From a virus: a DNA stretch of 64,000 bases. The translations under genes were made by a program, and so were the position numbers. The notes beneath the pieces were generated by a model. It saw only the letters and a list, made by a program, of their open reading frames with translations, searched no databases and was not told where the DNA came from. Positions 8,999 through 19,133 of the stretch are shown piece by piece (the first letter of the stretch is position 1; every line of letters begins with the position of its first letter). The DNA lies in IMG/VR virus record IMGVR_UViG_3300021197_001433, positions 5,384 through 69,383 of that record. One strand, 5' to 3'.

Positions 8999-10265
8999 CC
9001 CAAAACTCTCTTGCTTGTATGGTCTTTAGTGTGTCTCTAAACTGCATACCACCGCGCAGATTATCCAACGCTTGCATACGCCACTTGCCTTTTATTCTTG
9101 CTTTTGCATATTCATCCGGAAACTGTTCTTCAAATGTAGGACGAGTAAGTAGATCTTTTAGCATTTGTCTTATTGTAGGATTATCTATGTAACTAGTTAG
9201 TAACAACTCATTTACATAATCATGAAGTATTTTTTTAGGAAGAAACAGCGGGCTCATTGCAATATCAGGCGTAAATGCAAATACTACTTTAGCAAGTATA
9301 TCCACTTTGTAATGATTTGCAAGACGACATATGCCTACTAAATCAAACAAACCTGGTAATGTAAGTGTAAAGTCAATACGCATTTTGCGTCTATCACCTG
9401 CTGCGTGGTGTACCCCACTAGCAAAATTATCTAGCCATTTTCTATAATCTAATCCTGTGCGTATATATTCTCCAACTTCCGTTGTGCCATCTAGGCTTGC
9501 ACATATTTGCCAATCGCGAATGTTGCGTAGTATATCTGTGTACAAATTTTGACCTTTATAGTCTACACGACTTAGGTTTGTATTATAACGTGCATACAAG
9601 CCAGGGCCATCTCCTAGTTCAATGATACGTTGCATGTACTGCCAATGCTGTTCATACATAAGTGGCTCTCCGCCTACCCAGTATACTTCTTCGATACGAT
9701 GTTCTTCAACTGCTTGTGCAAACTCTGCTTCTACAGTATCTTTTTGGAAAGTTTCAATAGCCTTTTTCACAGGCTTTTCCATCCAGGGTTCTATTCTATT
9801 TTGTTTACGGGCTTCTGTCTCCCAAGCACTACTAAGCATTGGTCCACACATACGACATTTATAGTTACACAAGTTGCTAAAACGATAATCCCAACTAACA
9901 GGTTTCATAGTTGTATAACCATCCCAGTCTGTGTTTACTACAACATCCTCCCATTTGTGTGCGAACAACTGATTAAAATAATCCCTATAAACATCATGGT
10001 TAAGTAGCCGTTTATCACATACTTCACATTCAGGCGGTACTTCATTGTTTAACATCTGCATACGGATACGGCGTATATTTTCTCCGTTCCAATATTCATC
10101 AAGTGTGCTTGGTTTGTATTCTCCCGTGCCTTCTGCTGTATCAATGTACTGTTTAAAGTTTTGTGCAGGCTCACGACTAGCACAGCACAAGCGTCTCTCA
10201 GTTTGTGGACTAAGATATGTGTGTGTCCAGGGTGCCATACATAAATTATCTGGCTTAGAGTTCAT
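8985..10265 (-). CDS. Radical SAM protein with N-terminal twitch/SPASM-like Cys domain
   Basis: CNYKCRMC, GGEP; N-terminal CMAPW..CC..CEVC. Confidence 0.9.
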   Translation of the reverse strand: MNSKPDNLCMAPWTHTYLSPQTERRLCCASREPAQNFKQYIDTAEGTGEYKPSTLDEYWNGENIRRIRMQMLNNEVPPECEVCDKRLLNHDVYRDYFNQLFAHKWEDVVVNTDWDGYTTMKPVSWDYRFSNLCNYKCRMCGPMLSSAWETEARKQNRIEPWMEKPVKKAIETFQKDTVEAEFAQAVEEHRIEEVYWVGGEPLMYEQHWQYMQRIIELGDGPGLYARYNTNLSRVDYKGQNLYTDILRNIRDWQICASLDGTTEVGEYIRTGLDYRKWLDNFASGVHHAAGDRRKMRIDFTLTLPGLFDLVGICRLANHYKVDILAKVVFAFTPDIAMSPLFLPKKILHDYVNELLLTSYIDNPTIRQMLKDLLTRPTFEEQFPDEYAKARIKGKWRMQALDNLRGGMQFRDTLKTIQAREFWDEIC

Positions 10266-11424
10266 ATTGTATTGCTCGTGCTATTTTACTATGGCTTACA
10301 GCAAAGTTTTGATTACGGTATAGATCTGTTTGCCGTAGTTTATTTGCTAGATCAGTATTATCCATTTGTCTACTGTTTACAATAATATTTTTTAAACTTA
10401 GTATATCTGTTTTATATTTTGCATGTTTGATCTGTTGCTTTTGCAAATACAGCATCACTTGACCAACTGCCATGCGCGGCATACGACTTAGACTAAACTC
10501 CCAGGGGTCGTGCATAAGGTTAAAATGTATGCTATCAAAGTTCATTGTGTCTGCCCAGGTTAATACATCATCCAAATAGTAGATGTTTTGTACATTCCAA
10601 GTACAACATAACTGTGTAGTAATAGGATATCCCTTGTCTCTGAGTGCATGCACCTTGCTTATATTTGTATTTGCAGTATGCCACTTAGCGCCATAGCGTT
10701 CATATTCAAAACGTTCTTCGGTGTTGTCTACGCTAAATGCAATCTGCACATGTTTGAAATGCTGCCATATAGTTGGATCTTTTGGAAACTGTGTAGTGTT
10801 AGTATTATAATGTATGTCAATATCCTGTGCAAGTCCTCGATCAACTGCACGTTGTAATAGGTCAAAATGCTCCTTGATCATCCATGGTTCACCGCCTGTA
10901 AATTCAAAATACTTTACTTGCGGTAGCATCCTGTCTAACTGCGTCCAAAAATGTTCACTTTCTCTGGGCCATTGTCCTGCTTTTAACCAAGTTCGTGCTA
11001 TATGATTATCAGGATCATTACTATAATCCAGTTCTTCTTTTGCCCATTTACTGCTACTCCAAGACCCACATATTCTACATTTCAAATTACAAATATTACC
11101 AAGTTTTAAATCTAAAAATACAAGTTCTTTGCCACTAGTATCCGTGTAATCAACATCAATGTGTTTAAACTTTTCTAACATGTATTGGCGTTTTGATTTT
11201 TTACCAGCATCTTCTTCGCGCCAACAGTTGCGACATCCATCAGGCTTTTCATCATTGCTAAATTGTGTGCGCAGTTCCTGCATTGTTTTACTTGCAAACG
11301 CATCCTCTAGTGTATGTGTTTTAAGATCAACATTGGGTATTTCATCTGTGTACAAGCAACAAGGACGAGTTGTTCCCATTGGCGTTGTTTCTACACTTAT
11401 CCACGGAAGTATACATTTAGGCAT
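10255..11424 (-). CDS. Radical SAM protein with N-terminal twitch/SPASM-like Cys domain
   Basis: CNLKCRIC, GGEP; N-terminal CILPW..PCC..CRNC. Confidence 0.9.
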   Translation of the reverse strand: MPKCILPWISVETTPMGTTRPCCLYTDEIPNVDLKTHTLEDAFASKTMQELRTQFSNDEKPDGCRNCWREEDAGKKSKRQYMLEKFKHIDVDYTDTSGKELVFLDLKLGNICNLKCRICGSWSSSKWAKEELDYSNDPDNHIARTWLKAGQWPRESEHFWTQLDRMLPQVKYFEFTGGEPWMIKEHFDLLQRAVDRGLAQDIDIHYNTNTTQFPKDPTIWQHFKHVQIAFSVDNTEERFEYERYGAKWHTANTNISKVHALRDKGYPITTQLCCTWNVQNIYYLDDVLTWADTMNFDSIHFNLMHDPWEFSLSRMPRMAVGQVMLYLQKQQIKHAKYKTDILSLKNIIVNSRQMDNTDLANKLRQTDLYRNQNFAVSHSKIARAIQYEL

Positions 11425-12721
11425 AGACTTGCAAACCCGCTAGTTCTGGAAATACTTCATAAAAGTTTTCTGTTCTTACTGCATCTAATTGTGCTGTTAC
11501 TTGATTAAACTTTTTAAGGTGCTGTGTGTTGGTTTGACTGTTCATAAAACTAATTGTACTACGGAACCCATTTGTTGCACGTTGCAAATGATCCTGAGGT
11601 TGTAACCAAGCAATGTGTTCCTCAAGTTTTTCTGTTGCTTGTGCTTTTAGTTCCTGGGGTAAACAATCTGCACGATACCAATCCGGGGATTGCAGTATGT
11701 TTACGTTTAAGTCCTGTGCGTTTAGTAATCCACTTTCTACCCACGCTCTATGAAAATCAGGCACATGTAGTACGTTCATTAAACTTACAGTGGGACTAAT
11801 ATAAAAGTCCACGTCAGGACACACTTCTAGCATGCGTTGTCTGTTGTGTACAATTTTATTCCAGTCACATCCACTGCGCATTAGTTCTGCACGATCTCCA
11901 CTGGCATCCAAACTTGCACCTATGCTTACACTTTCAAACATACTCCAATAGTCAAGTACATCCAAGTCCTTGTACAGCGTTTCATTAAAGTTTGTATTGT
12001 AAATTAATTTAACATCAAAACGTTCTCGTTTAACTAATTCTTTGAGTATGTTATAGTGTTCCTGCATAATAAGAGGTTCGCCGCCGGCAAAATATATTTG
12101 CTCAATGTGATCAATATGCGGAATCATCTGTTCCCATATATCATTCTTATTACGTCCTGCCCATTCAATACGCTTATGATTAGGTGCCTGTCCATGCATT
12201 TTTACATGATCGTCATACCACAAACTGCTAAACATAGGACCGCAACTGCGACACTTTAGGTTGCACTGATTACTAAAACGTATATCCCAGTATACTAATT
12301 CAAAGTCTGGATTAACACCCTGATCTACTTTGTCAATGTGATGACCAAAATGTTTGTTGTGGCTGTTTCGCATACTAAAGAAGCCCTGCGCTTCCTGTTC
12401 GTAGCAGCGTGTACATTCCTTGCAAGGTTTATCAGCAAGCATGCTCTCACGCATTTGGCAATACTTTGACCCGTTCCAAATTTCCTCTAATGAGTTATCG
12501 CGCATGTTGCCGATAGGGTGTTCCATTTCAGCCAAGCAACAAGGGTATGCTTCGCCTGTTGGAAATCCGTGTATATGTGTCCAGGGTATCATACAAAAGT
12601 TCTTGCTTTCCATCAAACGATATTGTTGATCTTTGCGTAAACTTTCTAATTCCACAAACACTGGACGTCTACTATTGTAGTCATATGTTTCGTAATACTT
12701 TTTTGTTTCAGAGGCTTTCAT
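11417..12721 (-). CDS. Radical SAM protein with N-terminal twitch/SPASM-like Cys domain
   Basis: CNLKCRSC, GGEP; CMIPW..PCC..GNMRDNSLEEIWN..CTRC; ATG at 12721 preferred over TTG at 12733. Confidence 0.92.
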   Translation of the reverse strand: MKASETKKYYETYDYNSRRPVFVELESLRKDQQYRLMESKNFCMIPWTHIHGFPTGEAYPCCLAEMEHPIGNMRDNSLEEIWNGSKYCQMRESMLADKPCKECTRCYEQEAQGFFSMRNSHNKHFGHHIDKVDQGVNPDFELVYWDIRFSNQCNLKCRSCGPMFSSLWYDDHVKMHGQAPNHKRIEWAGRNKNDIWEQMIPHIDHIEQIYFAGGEPLIMQEHYNILKELVKRERFDVKLIYNTNFNETLYKDLDVLDYWSMFESVSIGASLDASGDRAELMRSGCDWNKIVHNRQRMLEVCPDVDFYISPTVSLMNVLHVPDFHRAWVESGLLNAQDLNVNILQSPDWYRADCLPQELKAQATEKLEEHIAWLQPQDHLQRATNGFRSTISFMNSQTNTQHLKKFNQVTAQLDAVRTENFYEVFPELAGLQVYA

Positions 12722-14027
12722 ACCAATCCTCAAGTTCTGGAAACGCTAGTGCAAATGTTTTGTTACGACGTATGTCATACTGTGTGTAAAACTTCTTAAA
12801 GTCATTGTGCAGTTTAGGCATTTCAAATGCTTCACTGTGCGGAGTTTCCACAACTTGCAAATATTCAATAAGCCTAGTCATGTGTCCTCGTTCCCAATCA
12901 TGCATCTCGCTTTGATCTATTGCTTGTAATCTATCAACACAGGTCTTGCGAATTTCGTAGGGCAATACCAAAGGAGATTGAAAACTAGGAAAGCGTAGTA
13001 TATTGTAACTCATAAATGCAAAGTCCTTACCAAAAACAGTTCTAGCATTAAGTATTTTTTCAATTAGATCTGGCAGTGTTGGCAAACACAGTGCATTAAT
13101 AGTAAACATGCAGTGCGTGTGTACATCATTTAGAGTAAGTTTTGCCATGTTTTTCCACCATTGCTCAAACTCTAGTCCGTCTCGGATGTACTCTGCACTT
13201 AGTCCAGTTGCTTCACAACTACTGTAAATATCCAAACGCGGCAAATGTGTTTTTGCCTCTATAAGTCTGTCAACAAACTCCTGCTTGCCGCCTAGGTTAC
13301 TGTTAACTGCAATGCCAGTTTGACTTTTATCTGCATTTAGTTTAAACCAATCAAACAGTCTCCACAGTTCCGCAGTCATTGTTGGTTCACCACCTGTAAT
13401 GCGTAGTTCTCGCAGTGTGCGATGTAAGTCAGTATCCCACCATTTAAAGAACGCTTCTACATATGGATTAGTTTCGCCATACTTAAACTTTTGGCTGTGA
13501 TCATGTGCATGGATAAAGTGTCCTCTACCGTCACTTTGTAGATCAGTGTAACTACCTTTTTGTTTTATATCTTTTACCCATGTTGTGCTAAATGCGGGAT
13601 TGCAATAACTGCAAGCAAAGTTACATGTTCTATCAAAGGCAATCTCAAGGGTAATAAGATCAACGTCATCAGCGCAGGGTGTATTAAAAGCATTTTTTAG
13701 TTCCTCACTAGTATATATCTTGGATTTGTAAACACGATCACTAATAAAACCTTTACCCATGTCCTCAAGTTTCCAACAGTATTCACAACCCTTGGGACGT
13801 ACACCATCCTGCATTTGTTTACGTTGGAATTTTTTCTCAGGTGTATTGTGTAGTAGTTTTGGATTTTTCAAAACTTCCTCAGGATCAACTAGGTGCGCAG
13901 GCGGATGATGACAACTAGTAGTCATACCGCTGCCAAGCCAAATAGTAGCGTTGTACCACTTGGCTGCGCAGAAACTTGCGCTCTTAGTGTCTAAATGATT
14001 TGCTTTAAATATTAGATCTGTTTGCAT
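12708..14027 (-). CDS. Radical SAM protein (CxAKW/SCxHPP N-terminal subtype)
   Basis: CNFACSYC, GGEP; N-terminal CAAKW..SCHHPP..CEYCW; start ATG 14027 or GTG 14036. Confidence 0.9.
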   Translation of the reverse strand: MQTDLIFKANHLDTKSASFCAAKWYNATIWLGSGMTTSCHHPPAHLVDPEEVLKNPKLLHNTPEKKFQRKQMQDGVRPKGCEYCWKLEDMGKGFISDRVYKSKIYTSEELKNAFNTPCADDVDLITLEIAFDRTCNFACSYCNPAFSTTWVKDIKQKGSYTDLQSDGRGHFIHAHDHSQKFKYGETNPYVEAFFKWWDTDLHRTLRELRITGGEPTMTAELWRLFDWFKLNADKSQTGIAVNSNLGGKQEFVDRLIEAKTHLPRLDIYSSCEATGLSAEYIRDGLEFEQWWKNMAKLTLNDVHTHCMFTINALCLPTLPDLIEKILNARTVFGKDFAFMSYNILRFPSFQSPLVLPYEIRKTCVDRLQAIDQSEMHDWERGHMTRLIEYLQVVETPHSEAFEMPKLHNDFKKFYTQYDIRRNKTFALAFPELEDWYESL

Positions 14028-15372
14028 AATACTCACACTGTTGCCAGAAAGTTGTCATCTCTGGAAATGTTTCTAAAAAATTTGTTCCTCTGCGACGGTC
14101 ATGTTCACTAAAGAACTTGTAAAAGTCTGCACGTTTGCGTTCTACATCAGTTGTGCCTTGTAACATCCAATCCAAGTCACGCTTCATCTTTAGTACTTCG
14201 TAGTCCTTAAAGCCATGCATTTCGTGCATGTTTTCTTCCATGTAGCGTATACATTCCTGCATTACTATTTGATATTCCATAGGCAGTATTTGCATACTTT
14301 GCCATTCTGGTGTGTACAATAGTGGAGTATCAAACCATATACGCTGATAAGTGTTTGTATATGTTTTACGCAAGTATACTATGTATTCTAACAGTTTTTT
14401 AAGGGAAAGTATACTTAAATTATTCATTGTAATAATGAATGTTAGACTGCTACGATATGGAACATCGCGCACAAATTCTTCACATCTATTTATTGCTAGA
14501 TCAAAGTCTAGTCCGTGACGTATGTATTCTGCCTGTTTACCCCAGGTATCCAAACTTACAAACTGCATAAAGTGTTCTATCTGTTCGCCTTCACATAGTC
14601 TCTGTACATAGCCTTTGTACTTGTCCCACACCTTAGTGTCAACACTAAAGTTGCTGGTTGTGTTTAAATGCAAATCAGGTTTGGGATTATCTAGTACATA
14701 GTCAAACACCCTATAGGTGTTAGGATCCATAGTAGGCTCACCGCCTGTCATTCTGAAGTGTTTAAGATCCTTGTATAGCGTGGGCCACCATCTCCAGAAG
14801 GCTTCTCTGTAGGGATTGTCCTCCCTAAGGGGGATGGCCCTACGTGAACCCACAAAGTGTGCAGGGTCATTGTGCGGTACAGTGGTGGGCCATGCGCCGT
14901 ATTGTTTTGACTCTGCTGTCCAGGTGCTACTAAACTGAGGGCTGCAATAACTGCAACTAAGATTACAAACATTATTAAAATTTACCTCCACATAACTTGG
15001 GTTAACATCCGCACTGGGATTATTCACTATTTTATTAAAACTCGCCATTGCCCAGGGCTCGCCACTGCGATAGTGACGATCACTCATATTGCCCTGTGCT
15101 TCTATATTCCAGCAATAGTTACAATCACTACACTTTGTACCTGCCATCATTTCTAATCTGCTTTGTTTTTTGTGTGCAGTGTTGTGTAACGCACTTGGAT
15201 TATCTCTAAGTGGAGCGATATCTATTTTATGCAATGGCGGATGATAGCAACTATTTGTATGTCCCGTAGTAAGGTGCAGACTTACTTGTTGCCACTTTGC
15301 TAAACAAAAACTATCACTTACTGTTGCTAGTTTAGTCTTTGCAGTTAGTGCATCATTATAATAATCACTCAT
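14005..15372 (-). CDS. Radical SAM protein (CxAKW/SCxHPP N-terminal subtype)
   Basis: CNLSCSYC, GGEP; N-terminal CLAKW..SCYHPP..CNYCW. Confidence 0.9.
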   Translation of the reverse strand: MSDYYNDALTAKTKLATVSDSFCLAKWQQVSLHLTTGHTNSCYHPPLHKIDIAPLRDNPSALHNTAHKKQSRLEMMAGTKCSDCNYCWNIEAQGNMSDRHYRSGEPWAMASFNKIVNNPSADVNPSYVEVNFNNVCNLSCSYCSPQFSSTWTAESKQYGAWPTTVPHNDPAHFVGSRRAIPLREDNPYREAFWRWWPTLYKDLKHFRMTGGEPTMDPNTYRVFDYVLDNPKPDLHLNTTSNFSVDTKVWDKYKGYVQRLCEGEQIEHFMQFVSLDTWGKQAEYIRHGLDFDLAINRCEEFVRDVPYRSSLTFIITMNNLSILSLKKLLEYIVYLRKTYTNTYQRIWFDTPLLYTPEWQSMQILPMEYQIVMQECIRYMEENMHEMHGFKDYEVLKMKRDLDWMLQGTTDVERKRADFYKFFSEHDRRRGTNFLETFPEMTTFWQQCEYYANRSNI

Positions 15373-16292
15373 AGATTTTCTAATACTCTTTTATTTGTTA
15401 GTAACCGCGGAAGCAATGCTTGCATGTCTACTGGATTGCGTAATAACTCGCCTAAACTTTTAAACACTGCATCAATTCGTATGTAACTGCTTTCCGTGTC
15501 ATAACTTTTATCAATGATGTCATCAAATATATCGAATCCCATGCGTTTTAAATTCTGTTCAAACTCTGGGCTTCCAATTACCATAAACAATCTACCATAT
15601 GCAATTGGTCGAAATGTTTTTTCGGTAACGAAAAAAGTATCTGCTGTTGTATTTGTTTCACACACTATTTCAATTGATACATCTTTGTAAATAGAATTCC
15701 AAATGTCTGGCACAACGCATATTTCATGTTCCATGGTTGCAGGATTTATTGCATTGCCTGTGTCACTATAAGGCAACATAGGAATTAGACTTTGCCATCG
15801 TTCATTATGCTCGCAAATAAAACCTGTAAAATCGCTTTCCCATTCTGTTACTGTATCAACATCTAAATGCATACTTGCTTTGCCACGATCGCTATACTGC
15901 CAGTTTTTGTGTTTCCAAAAACCATAAAGTCTTTCGTTGGTTGCTCTAGCACAAAACATCCCATAGTTAAACTTGGTAGATGGTATAATTTCTGTTTCTT
16001 TAAATTCCTCAGAAAAATATGGCATATATTCTGGATTTGTTGTGTGTTTAAATGTTTCGCTTTTGTGTAGTCTATCGCTGCTAGTAAACTCAATTTGTGT
16101 ATAAGGAATATCTAATTCATCACAGATATTTTTTACTTTTTGTTCTATACCATTTTCAACAATATCCCAACCTTCATGCATCAGATCTAATACAATTTCT
16201 TCATCTTTATGCTGTGCAATTTTACAAGCAAGTAATTCTACATCACGACTGTGTGCTGCCCCACAATAATTTGTAAGGTCAATTGTTACCAT
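15369..16292 (-). CDS. Putative glycosyltransferase-like protein (TEKT motif)
   Basis: C-terminal EIVCET..FVTEKTFRPI..GFDIF..SYD is reminiscent of the GT10 fucosyltransferase-like VTEK motif. Confidence 0.5.
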   Translation of the reverse strand: MVTIDLTNYCGAAHSRDVELLACKIAQHKDEEIVLDLMHEGWDIVENGIEQKVKNICDELDIPYTQIEFTSSDRLHKSETFKHTTNPEYMPYFSEEFKETEIIPSTKFNYGMFCARATNERLYGFWKHKNWQYSDRGKASMHLDVDTVTEWESDFTGFICEHNERWQSLIPMLPYSDTGNAINPATMEHEICVVPDIWNSIYKDVSIEIVCETNTTADTFFVTEKTFRPIAYGRLFMVIGSPEFEQNLKRMGFDIFDDIIDKSYDTESSYIRIDAVFKSLGELLRNPVDMQALLPRLLTNKRVLENL

Positions 16293-17200
16293 CCTTCGTG
16301 CTTTCTTATTGCATCTATCTCCAGTGACATAGGATCTCCTGGACAGTAGGTTTGTGCATAATACTTCTTAAAAAAAGCACTTTCTTTAATGCCTATATCT
16401 AACATAGGCAATCCAAGTCTAGTCATTAGTGCGCCGTTAATTTCAGGCATATTCATAATATCATATTCAGCATATATACGATTTAAGTTTTCAAACCACT
16501 GCACTTCTGTATAATCCCAGTCAGTAAGCATGGTCATGTATGTGCCCATTCGTGCGCCATTGATAGCGTGTGTGCCGTGTTCAACATCTCTGCCTACGTT
16601 ATGCCACATGCTAAGTCTATCAAAGTTTGACTTGTGTACCATATCTTCAAACTCAGTTAGTGTGGGCTTTGTGCCATTGCGCAAACACATTTTTACACCT
16701 TCACGGAATCCTGCACGCCAAGCATGTAGTTCACTTCCGTTGGGATATGTTGTACTATATACGTTATTCATTGCTAGATACTTGGGATCGTAACAAAACT
16801 CTACATCATTTTCATCCGTACCATCGCTTGCTTCATGTGTACGCATTTTGTTTACGAATGTGCGTGTCCAGCAACTCATGCCACCATTGCCATACATTAG
16901 TCCATTTACAGCATTAATTGCTTTCCAACGAAATACACAGTCTGCGTAATTGTCCTCTATGTCCAGTGTAAGATCAAAAAATTCACTGAAAGGCATATTG
17001 TCGCCATCAATAAGAATAAAACGTTCAGTGTCACTTGCCGCCGCCGCCGCTTTGTGTGCAGCATCACTGCCTTGTACACCGTCTACACGCTTTGCCCAGG
17101 GCACCATGTTTTGTATTTTAACCCAGAATTCTTCTTTGTTGGGTTCATCATAACTTAGATATATACAATCTAAATCGGCTACATCAAGTTTCTGTGCCAT
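16286..17200 (-). CDS. Phage glycosyltransferase-like protein (GT-A-like)
   Basis: IYLSYDEP, RVDGVQGSDAAH, DxD motif IDGD, AWRAGFREGVK; paralogous to the C-terminal half of 2649..3875. Confidence 0.6.
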   Translation of the reverse strand: MAQKLDVADLDCIYLSYDEPNKEEFWVKIQNMVPWAKRVDGVQGSDAAHKAAAAASDTERFILIDGDNMPFSEFFDLTLDIEDNYADCVFRWKAINAVNGLMYGNGGMSCWTRTFVNKMRTHEASDGTDENDVEFCYDPKYLAMNNVYSTTYPNGSELHAWRAGFREGVKMCLRNGTKPTLTEFEDMVHKSNFDRLSMWHNVGRDVEHGTHAINGARMGTYMTMLTDWDYTEVQWFENLNRIYAEYDIMNMPEINGALMTRLGLPMLDIGIKESAFFKKYYAQTYCPGDPMSLEIDAIRKHEGW

Positions 17201-17924
17201 ATTTTCTTTCTTTTTCTTTTTGCATTACAACCTTGTCCTGATCACTAAGTTCTAAACAAGGATTTTTATTGTCAAGCGTAATGTTAAAACTAAAACTCCA
17301 ACGCTCGCCTTTACTACGAAAAGGATTAACCATATGCATTAACCATGCAGGAAAGAAATAAATGTCTCCAACTTTAGGTTTAAAACGACAAGTATTTGCA
17401 CCATAACTTTGAGCTCTGCCATCTACAAAAGTAATCATACCAGCACTTGGATCATGATCTTCCATGGCCCATTCACGTTCTATATCGTCTGGCAAGCGCA
17501 CATATCCAACGCCAGTAATTGCACCAGTGTGCTTGTGGATAGGGTTCCAGTCACCTGCTACACTGATGTTTCCCCAAGCATCATGTAATGTACAATTTAG
17601 ATCCATCATTTCTAACTGTGGTTCAACTAACTGTTTATGTTCTTCAGTTATATAATCCATCAAATGCCACTGTCTTTGCATAACTTCCTTGTACAAATCT
17701 GCACTGCCAGTTGCAAGCATGTTAACAAATTCATCCTGACCAGATCCTAGTCCTCCTGCAGATAGTGCAAACTCTCTTGTGTTATTGCCAGCAAGTTGAC
17801 TACTGCGATCTTCAGCATTCTTATGATTTTCAAATGCATAATTTAGTGATTCCAATACACTCTCAGGTATTTGCGTTCTTAGAATAGGGGGACTAAAGGG
17901 CCAAAAAACTTCTACATTAGTCAT
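17184..17924 (-). CDS. Putative 2OG-Fe(II) oxygenase (HxH type, TIGR02466-like)
   Basis: WNPIHKH, GVGY, FFPAWLMHMV, RWSFSFN. Confidence 0.8.
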   Translation of the reverse strand: MTNVEVFWPFSPPILRTQIPESVLESLNYAFENHKNAEDRSSQLAGNNTREFALSAGGLGSGQDEFVNMLATGSADLYKEVMQRQWHLMDYITEEHKQLVEPQLEMMDLNCTLHDAWGNISVAGDWNPIHKHTGAITGVGYVRLPDDIEREWAMEDHDPSAGMITFVDGRAQSYGANTCRFKPKVGDIYFFPAWLMHMVNPFRSKGERWSFSFNITLDNKNPCLELSDQDKVVMQKEKERKYGTET

Positions 17925-18831
17925 TTTTTTTATCCTTTATAAACTTATTTCTGCTTTCTATATATTCATTAAAAGGAAGGTCTGTGACATTCTGAGGTTG
18001 TTCCTGGTACAATCCATCTACATCAACCTCGTCTTTCATCCAGTCTTTAATAGGGATAGGATTACGAATTGCTTCTTGTCTTGCCTCTTCCATTTGGGCT
18101 TTATCTTCATCAGTAAGTTCTAAATCACCTGTTAAGTTTGTAACAGTAGTATTGAAACTAAAACTCCAGCGTTCTCCTGCGCTTCTAAATGGGTAAACTT
18201 GATGCTGTAACCATGCAGGAAAGAAATAAATTTTTCCTACTTCTGGTTTTAATCGTAATACAGTTGGACCTAGACCATTGTTACGTTCACCATAACTAAA
18301 ATGTATACATCCTGCACTGGGATCGTGATCTTCTGTTGCCCATTCTTGTTCCATTGCTGGTGGCAAATTCAAGTATCCAACACCGCTGATTTGACCTGTA
18401 TGCGTGTGTGCGGGATTAAAATCGCCCGCTACACTAATGTTACCCCAGGCTTGATGAATTGTGCAACTTAAATTCATATTTGGCAAACGATTTTCTACAA
18501 TTTCAATGTGCTTTGCAGTAGCATTACGTCTAGTGTTTTCCCACTGTACACGTTTACTTAAACTGTACAACTCACCACTGCCATCAGCCAGCATTTTTAC
18601 AAAAGCATTTGCATCCTCTTCATTGAGTACCTTATCATTAATTTGAAATTCACGTTTCATATTGCCTGCCAGATTGTGGCTATGATCGTCTGCTTTAGCA
18701 TTATTTTCAAATAATTCTATCAAACTATATCCAACATGCTCTGGAATAACAGTCTTTATAATATTAGGCCCAAAAGCTCTAATTAATTCCACTTCCTGAT
18801 CAGGATATCCTGTATCTTCAACTCGTTGCAT
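17917..18831 (-). CDS. Putative 2OG-Fe(II) oxygenase (HxH type), paralogue of 17184..17924
   Basis: FNPAHTH, FFPAWLQHQV, RWSFSFN; shares WGNISVAGD and EDHDPSAG with its neighbour. Confidence 0.8.
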   Translation of the reverse strand: MQRVEDTGYPDQEVELIRAFGPNIIKTVIPEHVGYSLIELFENNAKADDHSHNLAGNMKREFQINDKVLNEEDANAFVKMLADGSGELYSLSKRVQWENTRRNATAKHIEIVENRLPNMNLSCTIHQAWGNISVAGDFNPAHTHTGQISGVGYLNLPPAMEQEWATEDHDPSAGCIHFSYGERNNGLGPTVLRLKPEVGKIYFFPAWLQHQVYPFRSAGERWSFSFNTTVTNLTGDLELTDEDKAQMEEARQEAIRNPIPIKDWMKDEVDVDGLYQEQPQNVTDLPFNEYIESRNKFIKDKKND

Positions 18832-18842
18832 ATTTTACTCCT

Positions 18843-19133
18843 TTATGGCATATACGGATTTCGCGGAAGATCTTGTTGATCAAGACTCCATGTACGCCTT
18901 GGGCGATCGCCTATATACTCTAGTTTTTCATCTACTACTTCGTAATCTTGTGTCATTGAAAAACACTTGTCATATTCTTCCTGTGTAATTTCAATATATT
19001 TTACACCTTCTTTAAGGTCATAACTTATATCAATTATAGCACCTTTATCATTATAATACAACTTATGAATTGGCTTCGCTGGCACATCCCAGTTGTGATC
19101 CCTGCATGCTTGAAAAAAATTACTGTAATCCAT
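18843..19133 (-). CDS. Hypothetical protein (96 aa)
   Basis: ORF coupled within the operon; no motif recognised. Confidence 0.6.
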   Translation of the reverse strand: MDYSNFFQACRDHNWDVPAKPIHKLYYNDKGAIIDISYDLKEGVKYIEITQEEYDKCFSMTQDYEVVDEKLEYIGDRPRRTWSLDQQDLPRNPYMP

